In this document: piece by piece, positions 39,253 through 50,690 of the stretch
How the letters are laid out: each line of letters begins with the position of its first letter
Numbering within the stretch: the first letter of the stretch is position 1
From: Chiloscyllium plagiosum
Lineage: Eukaryota
NCBI RefSeq assembly: GCF_004010195.1
Contig: NC_057718.1
Location: forward strand, 78,356,935 to 78,420,934
DNA: 64,000 nt
Reading direction: 5' to 3'
Program-made: the position numbers and the translations under genes
The notes under the pieces: generated by a model
What the model was told of the DNA's origin: nothing
The model's database searches: none
What the model saw: the letters and a program-made list of their open reading frames with translations, nothing else

Positions 39253-39512
39253 GTGTGTGTATTCAAGAAGATCATGCAATCAATGCAGGGCGTTTCAATA
39301 CAGAAGTGACTTATGTAGATCAGGTGTTGAGGCTCACATATAGTGGAGGTGATATCTGCTCCAGTAATCCTAACCTGCATCACAGAAGTATCTTCAGTTT
39401 TGTCTGCGGCACATTTGCCGGAGCAAATACTGGACCTGTACTGGTGGCTTCAGATGAGCAGACATGCACCCATTATTTTTCTTGGCATACACAGCTGGCC
39501 TGTGAACATGAG
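39253..39512 (+). CDS. IGF2R: IGF2R exon (~exon 34), domain 11 core: VCIQEDHAINAGRFNTEVTYVDQVLRLTY...CTHYFSWHTQLACEHE
   Basis: ttttgcag| acceptor, GAG|gtagcg donor, 260 bp, phase 1-0. Confidence 0.95.
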
Positions 39513-39797
39513 GTAGCGTTTTTACAAAATCTTTATAACCAGTAACCTTAGAAACTGCACGTATTTCTACTTAATTGTTCGCAGTAAATTTAAGCTTTTC
39601 TTGGACCTGTTCTCTTTCAGGCTTTCCTTTAATTTATCTAATTGTTAACTTAGATGAATTTTTCACTTTTGCCACTTAACTTTGTTTAGATAAGTAAAGG
39701 CAGTTATCTATCCACTAAATAAACTAGCAATGTTTTCTTTGCTATTACAAAGTAACTTGGTTGTCATTTTCCTTGTCCTTTCTGGTTTGCTGGCTAG

Positions 39798-40019
39798 GTG
39801 AGATGTTCGGTGAAGAATGGAAGCTCGATTATTGATTTAAGTCCTCTGATCCAGAAGACTGGGTATTATTCAGCAGAAGATGAAGATATTGTTGATGATA
39901 GTCAAGATGACACTCCTGATTTTTACATCAACCTTTGCCAACCACTAAATCCTATCCCAGGGGTTGACTGTCCTCCTGGTTCAGCTGTGTGCATGGATCC
40001 TGTAAATGGGCCACCTGTG
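39798..40019 (+). CDS. IGF2R: IGF2R exon (~exon 35), domain 12: [22 protein letters not shown]...[34 protein letters not shown]
   Basis: ggctag| acceptor, GTG|gtaagt donor, 222 bp, phase 0-0. Confidence 0.96.
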
Positions 40020-40032
40020 GTAAGTTAAATCC

Positions 40033-40058
40033 TGTGTGTGTGTGTGTGTGTGTGTGTG
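40033..40058 (+). repeat. (TG)13 microsatellite
   Basis: Visible in sequence. Confidence 0.95.
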
Positions 40059-40959
40059 TACACTCATCTGAAAACAATATGTTGGAACATGACTGAGATG
40101 TAATTGTGCAGGTACATTTTAAAGGGTGTCCCAAATTTCATTGTGGATTTTATTCAGCTTCCAACTGAACATCAAAAGTTCTCTCAAATTTCATTGCATT
40201 TTACATTCTAGTGGTGAGCCCAATTCATTGTTTTTTTTAGTGAAAGAGGGAAGAGAAAGTTAGAAATGTCAACCTTTTCAAGATTAATCTTGCTGTCTTT
40301 ATGGAAAAGGAAGCACAATTTAACAAGTAGCATGCTGTCTCCTTGCTTGAGGCCATGCTTGTGACTGTGGTCACTACAATGTTGGAATTTCTCCATATTC
40401 TCTCTCATTATCCAAAAGGACCCCAAAATTGAACCACTTGGAGCGCCTCAATCTATTCACTCTGAAAAACCATGTAGATAAATTAATATGGCATTCAAGG
40501 AGGATTATTGTCTGATATTCTCATCTGGTGCCTTCTTAAAGGCTTGCTTGACAATAAATATATCAACTGAATTTTCACTCACTTCATGCCTTTTGCTTTG
40601 TCAAAGTAATCGAGAAGTTTATTGAATAATTGTCCTTGCCTTTTGTCATGTGTGTTTAGTGTTAAAGACAGTTTCCTTAAGTTGAGGGTTTTCTCTTATT
40701 GGTGGCAGCAGCTAGTCAAGGTATCAGCCCCAGCTCAGCAGTCCTTGTCTGAGTCAGATGGTTGTGTTTAAGCTGCACCCTGAGATGTAAGTGTGAAGTC
40801 CAACTGAAGAAAAGCTGTCCTGTAGGATTTGGTGGTTTGTTTTGGATAAAGTGTTAAGCTGAGGCCCTGGCTTACCCCTTGAGTGAAGGTTTGAAAAAAA
40901 AGACATTACCAGAAGAGAGGAAGAGGTCTAGACTTAATTATAAGTAGCAAAGCTAGGTA

Positions 40960-42980
40960 AGTAGTTGAAATATCAATGGGGAAGAATAACTGTTAAATTC
41001 AAGCTTGTAATGGAAAAGGACAAGGATAGGTCTGAACTCCAAAGTTCTAAACCATGGAAAAAGCTGATTTTAATAAGATCAGACATGATTTTGCCAGAGT
41101 GGACTTAAAGCAGATATTTCCAGCTAAATCTTTCTCAGAACAGTGGCCAAAATCTTTCAATAAAGAAAGTGGGACCATCAAATCCTGTGAACACTGATGT
41201 TGAGGGATATACAGAATTGGATTAAGAGACCTTGGGAGGCTTAAGGCACATTACGAGGGCTTGAAATACAGAAGCTCCAGAGGAGTCCAGAATGCGCAAG
41301 AGGGAATTTAAGGAAATTTAGAGAGTAAAAGGATACTGGCAGTTTTTAAAAAAAGAAAAATCTTGAATTGGCTTCTAGGTACATTCAGGGTAAAAGCATA
41401 ACAAGAGAGAGTAGGGTCTATTAAGGACCAAAGTGGTAATTTGTGTGTGGAGCTAGAGGAAAGTGTTCTAAATTTTAATTTGTATCACCATTAATGTGGG
41501 TATAGAAATTGGGGAGAAGTACTGTGATGTATTTAAAGAAATTTAATATAGACAGAAGGAAGGTTCTAAGTAGTCTGGCAAGCTTAAAAGCAGATAAATC
41601 CCAAAATCCAGTTGAAATGTATCCCAGGTTGAGTGAGGCAAAGGAGGGAATAGCAGGGTGTTGGTAGTGGCTCTCAATTCTTCTCTAGCTATAAGAGATG
41701 CCAGAAGACTGGAGGACAGCTAATATGGTACCATCCTTCGAAAGGAGCAAGGGACAAACCAGGGTACTGGAGGCCAGTCAGTTTAACTTTAGTGGTGGGG
41801 AAACAATTGGAAGTAATTCTGAGGGACGGAATTAACCGACATTTGGAGAGGCAAGAATTAATCAAGAGCAGTTAGCATGGTTTTGTTCAGGGGAGGTCAT
41901 GTCTGACCGATTTTTAATTTAATTTTTTTGAAGATGTGACTAGGTATGTAGAGGAGGCTGATGATTTTGGTGTAGACTATTTGGACTTCAAGGCTTTTGA
42001 GGGCCCACATGGGAGATTGCTAGTGAAGTGAAGAACCAATAGGATCCAAAGTCATTTGGCAAATTGGGATCTACAATTGGTTGAGTGGTTGGAAGCAGAA
42101 GGTTGAGGGATGTTTGATTGGAATTCTGTCCATTGGGTTCTGCAGGGGTCAGTGTTAGGACCCTTGCTGGTTGTGCTTTATATAAATGACTTAATCTCGA
42201 ATGTGGGAGGGTTGATCAGGAAGTTTGCAGATGATGCAAAAATTGGCATGGTTGTAAATAATAGGGAAGAAAACCTTAGATTACAGGTAGATGGGTTGAT
42301 AAGTGGCAAAAGGAATTCAGCCTGGATAAATGAGAGGTGCTGCACTTTACAAGGGAATACATGATAAACGGTAGGAACCAGGGAAGTACAGGAGCAGCAG
42401 GACCTTGGTGTGCTTGTGCTTGAGTCCCTTAACTTGGCAGGTGAATATATGTTTAAGACAGCTTATGGTATATCTGCCTTTATTAATTGAGGCATGGGGT
42501 TTAAAAGCAGGGATGTTATGTTAGAACTAGTGAGACCACAGCTAGACTATAGTGTGCAGTCCTGGAATCCACATAGGAGGCATGTGATTGCATTGGAGAG
42601 GGTGCAAAAGAGATTTACCAAGATGTTGCTTGGGCTAGAGTTTTAATTATGAAGAGATTTACTGTGGTGGTTCTCTTTATAGTTGAAGAAAAGATTGAGA
42701 GGGGACGTGATTGAGATGTATAAAGATGAGTGCCTTAGATACATAACACAGGATCTCTCTCCCCTTGGAGAGATTAGTAACCAGGGGAATAGATTGAAGA
42801 GGAGAGGGAGAAGGTTTAGAGATGAGGGTGGTAGGATTCTGGAACTTCATGCAAACCTTGTTAAGGCAGAAACCCTCAACATCTGAAATATTTGTGTACC
42901 TGCAGTGCTAAGAAATGCTTGGTTATGGGCCAAGTGCTGGAAAATGGAATGAGAGTAGTAAGGTTGTTTTTGACACGTCG
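40960..42980 (+). mobile_element. Degenerate CR1 LINE ORF2
   Basis: QGSVLGPLL..LYINDL, KFADDAKIG and KRLRGDVIEMYK motifs with many stops. Confidence 0.85.
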
Positions 42981-45221
42981 ATGGTCCTGTTATGTAGATC
43001 TAGACTCTAAGTTGATGCTAATCACTGATATCGTTCAAATATTAGAAGGCAGAAGGAATGAGAATATACTGTTTACTAAACTTCCATACATCTAGTTTTG
43101 TTAAAGGCCATTAAAATGTGTTCAATGACCTCTAACTATTTGATGTGAATAAAAGAACTAAAGGAACTAGGCTGAAAAAAATTGACATTATTTATGTAAT
43201 GCTGTGATCAGTTGAGATGACTCGTGATGCTTCGTGTAAATAATAATACTTCTGGAAAATTGAGTCAATCATTTTATGTATAGCAATGCCCCTCATAGTA
43301 ATATTAAATATTTAGCTGTCTGAGGTAGAACTAGTGGTCTGTATCTGAGCGAATCCTTGTTTGTTCACTGTGCTGTAAGATCTTAACATCAATCTGAACC
43401 ACTGGTTTATTCTGTTTAAAATCTCATCCGAAGGACATCACTTCGGACAGTGCACACTGAGATTAGATAATAGGGTAGTGTGCTGTTTGCGAGAGTATTA
43501 GGAAGACCTTTCAGACATCGTCCTAGCTGTTGTTTAAGACTGAACCAGACTATTCATGACCTTAGTGTCTTATTGACACTGTGCTGATTTTCCAACCCTC
43601 GCCCTAGTAAACTCACTCACCTCTGTTTCTGTCTCAACTTGCCTGTTGCTGCAAACCTCAGTCATACCTTTGTTACCTGTAGGCTCCAATGCTTTTCAGG
43701 TTAACCTCCCAGTTTTCGTAAACTTAACCTCATCTTAAACTTCACCCTTCTCTTAACTTGGATCATAGAACATTGCAGCGCAGTACAAGCCCATTGGCCC
43801 TCTACGTGAACCTGTGAAACCAATCTGAAACCCATATACCTTGGATGCTGCCTGAACTGCTGTGCTGTTCCAGCACAACTAATCCAGAATCTGGTTTGCA
43901 GCTTCTGCAGTCATTGTTTTTACCTCCGTTGATTGAAACCCATATAACATACACTATTCCATTATCATCCATATGTTTATCTAATGACCATTTAAATGCC
44001 CTTAAAGTTGGTGAGTTTACCCCTGTTGCTGACAAGGCATTCCATGCCCTTGCTACTCTGAGTAAAGAATCTGTCTGAAATCTGTCCTATATCTATCACC
44101 CCTCAATTTAAAGTTATGTCCTCTCGTGCTAGCCATCCACCATCCAAGGATAAAAGGTTTTCACTGTCCACTCTATCTAATCCTCTGATCATTTTGTCAG
44201 CCTCTATTAAGTCACCTCTTAAACTTCTCTCTAATGAAAACAATCTCAAGTCCCTCAGCCTTTCCTCATAAGACCTTCCCTGGTAACATCCTGGTAAATC
44301 TCCTCTACACCCTTTCCATTGCTTCCACATCCTTCCTATAATCAGTTTTTGCTGGCTTCTCACTCCATTATCTAGACTGGCCCCAGGTCCAGCATTGCCT
44401 TGATTCTTAAAGTTCTTCTTATTTTCAACTTTCCCCTGCAATGCAATATAGCACAGGAACAGGCCCTTTGCCTGTGCTGACTCCTAGTCCTTATTTAGAT
44501 ATGCTAATTATTGACCATATGTGGTGTCTATCCCTCGTGTTCATCTATCAAACATTGCCTTAAACATTGCTAACATGTCTGCGTCCACCACCTCCACTGG
44601 GTATTCATTCCATTCACCTGTCACCCTCTGGAAAAAGAACTTCCTGCACTTCTCACCTAAACTCCACCCCTCCTCACAGCACCACCTTAAACCTGTGCCC
44701 TCTTGTAGTTGACCTTACCACCCTGGGGAAAAAGCCTCTGACTATCCACCCTAATTATGCTGCTTAACTTTGTAGGTTATAAAATCCTCTAGACCAGACA
44801 ACGTCCTGGTAAAGCATCTACATCCTCTTCAGTGTGGTGACCAGAATTGTGCACACTATTCAAAATGTGGTCTAACTAAAGTTTTATAAAGCTGTAACGT
44901 AACTTGTTAACTTTTATATTTGATATCCTGGTCAATGAGAGCGAACATGCTATATGCCTCCTTGACGATCTTCTCTACCTATTGTTTCACTTTGAGGGAT
45001 CCGTAGACCCGTTCACCCCAATCCCCCCTGTCAACACTCTTAAGCATTCTGGCATTTATAGTATAATTCACATCTGAATTTGATCCTCCAAAATGCATCT
45101 TCTCACATTTGTCAGGATTAAACACCATTTGCCATTTCTCTTCCAAATTGGCAATCTGTCTATATCCTGCTGTATTCTTTGACAATCCTTCTCACTATCT
45201 GCAACTTTGGCGTCAAACTTA

Positions 45222-45257
45222 CTTCCTGAAGAAGGGCTTATGCCCGAAACGTTGATT
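45222..45257 (+). ncRNA. Minimal hammerhead ribozyme motif, family B, in a ~90-bp TSD-flanked insertion
   Basis: ttc-CTGAAGA-a-gggc ttat gccc-GAAACGTT-gatt; TSD gtcaaacttact at 45212-45223 and 45315-45326. Confidence 0.68.
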
Positions 45258-46542
45258 CTCCTGTTCCCTGGATGCTGCCTGACCTGCTGCGCTTTTCCAG
45301 CAACACATTTCCAGGTCAAACTTACTAATCAGGCCACCTACATTTTCCTCCAGATCATTTATGTATGTATATTGCAAACAACCAAGGTCCCAGCACTGAC
45401 CCCTGTGGAGCATCCCTAGTTACTGATCTCCTCTGTTGCAGAAAGTACCCTTTCATCTTCTATGACCAAGCCAGGTTTGTATCTATCTAGCCAACAAACC
45501 TCTGATCCCATGAAACTCTATCTTTTGTACCAGCCTGCTATGAGAAACCTTTTAAAGTGACTTAGTAAAATCCATTTGTACAATATACGCTGCTCTTCCC
45601 TTAACGATCATTCTTGTCACTACCTTAAAATCAATGAAGTTGGTGAGACATGACCTTTCCCTACACAAATCCATGCTGCTTGTCATTAACAAGACCATTT
45701 GTTTCCAAATGTGAGTAAATTCTTTCTCAAGATCTTCTCCAACAGCTTCCCTACCACTGATGCCTGTATTACCTTGATTATCTGTTTTCTTTCTGTAACA
45801 AAGGAACAACTTGGCCATTCTCCCATCCTCTGGAACCTTGCCTGAGGTGATAGGGGATGCAAAGTTATCTGCTCTCAGCTATTTCCTCCCTTGCCTCCCA
45901 CAGTATCCTGAGATTGATCCCATCTGACCCGAGGGACTTGTCTACCTTAATGCATTTCAAGACCCCAATGCTGCTTCCTCATTATGTTGATCTTCCCCAG
46001 AGTATTCACACACCTTTCCCTAACCCCTGCATTCGTCACGTGCCCCTCTTTAATGAATACTGATGTAAAATATTCATTAAGGATCTCACCCATTTCCTCG
46101 GGTTTACAACATCATCTCCCTCCTTTTATCCTTGAGTGGGCCTACTTTATCTTAGCTACCTTCCTAATATGTGTAAAATGCTTTCTGATTCTCCTTAATC
46201 CTGCTGGCCAAGGATGTTTTATAGCCCCTTTTTAGTTCTCCAAACTCCCCATTTAAGCTCATTCCTGCTTGCTATGTTCCTTCAAGGACTTTATCTGTTT
46301 TCAGTTGGGTAAACCTTAAGTATACCTTTTTGTTTTGACTAAGCTGATTTTTTTTGTCATCCAAGGTTCCTGAATCCTGACATCCCTGTCCTTTTTTTTT
46401 TTACAGGAATCACATGTCCTGCACTCTGACCAGTAGTCTTTAAAAGACTCCTACATGTCAGATATGAATTTACCCTAAACAGCTGCTCCCAATCCACGTT
46501 CTTCAGTTCTTGACTAATTCAATTGTAGTTGGCCTTCTCCAA

Positions 46543-49500
46543 AAGTCCATAAGACATCGGAGTGGAAGTAAGGCCATTCAGCCCATTGACTCCACTCTGG
46601 CATTTAATCATGGCTGCTGGGCATTTCCACTCCACTTACCTGCACTCTCCCTGTAGCCATTTAATTCCTTGCGAAATCAAGAATTTATCCATCTCTTCCT
46701 TGAAGACATTTAACATCCTGGCCTCCACTGCGCTTCATGGCAATAAATTCCACAGGCCCACCACTCTGTCTGAACAAGTGCCCCCTCATTCCCATTCTAC
46801 ATTGATCCCCTCTAATTTTATGGCTGTGTGCCCAGGTCCTAGTGTCCCTGTCTAATGGAAAGTTTCCCAGCATTCACCCTTTCTAAGCCATGCATTATCT
46901 TCTAAGTTTGTATTAGATCTCCCCACAACCTTCTAAACTCCAATAAATACAATCCCAGGATCCTCAAATGTTCATCTTACGTTAGGCCTACCATTCCAGG
47001 GATCATCCATGTGAATCGCCGTTGGACACGCTCCAGTGCCTGTATGTCCTTCCTGAGATGTGGGGCCCAAAATTGGACACCGTATTCTAAATGGGACCTA
47101 ACTAGAGCTTTATAAAGTCTCAGAAGCACAGTGCTGCTTTTACATTCCAACCCTCTTGAGATAAATGACAACATTACATTTGTTTCTTAATCACTGACTC
47201 GACTTGCAAGTCAACCTTTAGAGAATCCTGGACTAGCACTCCCAGGTCCCTTTGTACTTTGGCTTGAGGAATTTCCTCACCATTTAGAAAATAGTCCATG
47301 CCTGGATTCTTCCAAAGTGCAAGAGCTTGCATTTGTTCAGTAAATTTCATCAGCCGTTTCCTGGACCACTCCTAAAATGTCTAAATCTTTCTGTAGCCTC
47401 CCCACCTCCTCAGTACTATCTGCCTGTCCACCTAACTTTGTATCATCGGCAAATTTCGCCAGAATGTCCCCAGTCCCTTCATCCAGTTCATTAATATCTA
47501 AAGTGAACAGCTGCAGCCCCAACACTGAACCCTGCAGGACACCACTTGTCACTAGCTGCCATTCCGAAAAAGAACTTTATCCCAACTCTTTCTGTCAGAC
47601 AGCCAATCCTCAATCCATGCCAATAGCTCATCTCGAACACCATGGGCCCTCCCCTTACTCAGCAGCCTCCTGTGAGGCACCTTATCAAAGGCCTTTTGGA
47701 AGTCTAGGTGGATAACATCTGCAGGGTTTTCCCGGTCGAACCTACTTGTTACCTCTTCGAAGAATTCTAACCGGTTTATCACTCTCAACCTCCCCATACT
47801 AAGTGCATGCTGACTTGTTCTAATCTGACTCTGCACTTCCAAGAATTTAGAAATCACATCCTTAACGATGGATTCTAGCATTTTACCAACAACCAAGGTT
47901 AGGCTAATCAGCCTATAATTTTCCATCTTTGTCTTGATCCTTTCTTGAACAAGGGGGTTACAAAGCGATTTTCCAATCATCTGGGACTTTCCCTGACTCG
48001 AGTGACTTTTGAAAGATTACAAACAACACCTCCGCCATTTCCTCAGCCATCTCCCTCAGAACTCTAGGATGTTCCCATCAGGGCCAGGAGATTTATCAAT
48101 TTCTAGACCTTTTTAGCTTTTCTAACACTTTCTCTTTTGTAATAGCTATCATACTCAACACTGCTCCTGACTCTCCTTAATTGTTGGGATATTACTTATG
48201 TCTTCCACTGAAGACTGATGCAGAGTACTTAAGTTCTTCAGCTATTTCCTTATTCCCATCACTAGCCTTCCAGCATCAATTTGGAGTGGCCTAATGTCTA
48301 CTTTTGCCTCTTGTTTCTTATTTATTAAAATAAACTTTAACTATCATTTCTAAGATTACTGGCTAGCTTATCTTCATATTTGATCTGCTTCCTTATTTCT
48401 CTGTTATCCCCTGGTTGGTTGGTTGGTCGATCGATCGTCTGATTTCCCAGTGCTCTGGCCACTTTATAGGCTCTCTGGTTTTCTTTGTTACATTTCCTGA
48501 CCTCCTTTGTCAGCTGTGGTTGTCTAATTCTTCCCCACCCCAGATATTCTTTCTTTTTCTTTGGGATGAACCTCTATACTGTGTCCTCCATACAATCAGA
48601 AACTCCTGCCATTGTTGCTCTACTGTCTTCCTTGCTAGGCTCTGCTTTGTCGATTTTCATCAGTTCCCTACTTGTGCCCCTGTAATTATCTCTTAATTAA
48701 CTGTAAAGCCATTACATCTGATTTTGCCTTCCTTTTCAAACTCGAGACTGAACTCGACCATATTATGATCATTGCTGGAAAAGCGCAGCAGGTCAGGCAG
48801 CATCCAGGTAACAAGAGAATCAACGTTTCGGGCATAAGCCCTTCTTCAGGAGAAGGGCTTCTGCCCGAAACGTCGATTCTCCTGTTCCCTGGATGCTGCC
48901 TGACCTGCTGCGCTTTTCCAGCAACACATTTCCAGCAATGATCTCCAGCATCTGCAGACCTCACTTTCTCCTCATATTATGATCATTGCCTCCTAAGTGT
49001 TCCTTACTTTAGATCTTTTATAACGTCTGGCTCATTACATAGCATGACCAAAAAAGCCTGCTCACAAGCTGTTCCAAAAAGCCATCCTGTAAGCATTCCA
49101 TGAATTCCCTTTCTTTGAATCCACTGGCAACATTATTCACTCAGTCCACCTGCGTATTGAAGTTCCCCATGATCACATGGCCTTGCCTTTTCTGAACGCC
49201 CTATCTATTTCCCAGTGCATCTTGTGTCCCTGGTCTTGACCACTGTTGGGAGGTCTGTACATAACTCCCATTTTGGTTTTTTGCCTTCATGGTTTCTCAA
49301 CTCCACCCACACAGACTGCACACCATCTGCCCTTATACCATTCAGTGCCATAGATTTAATTTCATTCCTAACTAACAAGGCAATGTTGCCCCCTCTGCCC
49401 GTCTCCCTGTCTTTTCGATAAGTTGTAAATCCTCTAATGTTTAGCTGCCAGTCCTGAACCCCCTGCAACTGCATCAGATGCCTACCATATCATAATCATT

Positions 49501-50690
49501 CATGATTTGTGCCGTTTGTTCATCTACTTTGCTATAAATACCAGTGTTCAGGTAAAGTGCCTTAATGCTAAGTTATTATTAGAGACATTGGAAATCATAA
49601 GATGGCTTAAGTTTTCCTTCCTTTGTTTGCTGCATTCCTAGTCTGCCCCGACTTAAAATCACCAGCACGCATGCTATGCTGCTTTCCAGTTAACTCCATA
49701 CTCCGTCGCTTTCACTCCCTCCCTTCATCCCTCCCTCCCTTCACCCCCCCCCCCCCCGACTCAATTTTAAAGTCCTACTGACCATGACCACCCTTTGTAT
49801 CCTTTATGCAAGAACACTGGTTCCAGATCGGTTCAGGTGGAGACCATCCCAACAGTACATATCTCCACCACCACCCCCGTTCCAAAACTGATGCCAATGC
49901 CCCATGAAATGGAATCGCTCTTTCCCACACCAATCCCTTAGCCACGTGTTTACTTCCCTAACTTTCTTAGCCCTATGCCAATTGGCACGTGACTCCGGCA
50001 GTAATTCTGAGATCATGACCCTTGAGGACCTGTACTTCAATTTCCTTCCTAGTGCTTGATAATCCCCAAACAGGTCTTCCACCTAGCTTTGCCTATGTTG
50101 TTAGTCCCAACAACTGGATCCTCTCCCTCCAGCTCCAATATCCTTTCAAGCTGGTTGGAGAAGTCCTGCACTCTGGCACTGGGCAGGCAACATGCCATGT
50201 GGGTCTTCTGATCCAGCTTGCGAAGGATATTATCTGTCCCCTAATTATAGAATCCCCTATAACAACTAGTCTTTTTTGCTTCCCCCTCTTGAATAGCCTT
50301 CTGCACCATGGTGCCATGATCAGCTGGCTCATCCTGTCTATAGCCCTTTCTCTCATCCGTACAGGAAGCAAGAATCTCATACCTGTTTGACAAGGTCAAG
50401 GGCTGAGGTCCCTTAATCTCACACTCTTTCCCTGAACACTCAATTTAATTACTAAATCTCCCAGGTATGACAGCCTCCTAACAGTGTCCAGGTAACTCTT
50501 TTCCCCTCCCGGATGTGCCGCAGAGTTTGAAGCTCAGATTCCAGATCATCAATTCTGTTCTGGAGTTCTTCCAGCAACCAACACTTGCTACAGATGTCAC
50601 TGTTGTTCACAATGGGATCAGCCAGCTCCCACATCATACAGCTACAGTACAACATCTATCCGGTCCTAACTAAACTTTTACAATTTATTC
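46543..50690 (-). mobile_element. Near full-length CR1 LINE: ORF1 (zinc finger, coiled coil, SGNH esterase) and ORF2 (APE endonuclease, RT), pseudogenised
   Basis: CSCMMWE..CSKCWLLEELQNRIDDLESEL; VVIGDSIIRG; DGLHLN; DWQLNIRGF.TYRKDR; FQKAFDKVPH; KFADDTKLGG. Confidence 0.92.
48759..48989. mobile_element. Fold-back family B insertion with 17-bp TSD; hammerhead on the minus strand at 48818-48850
   Basis: TSD catattatgatcattgc at 48759-48775 and 48973-48989; 48772-48845 pairs with 48851-48924. Confidence 0.85.
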
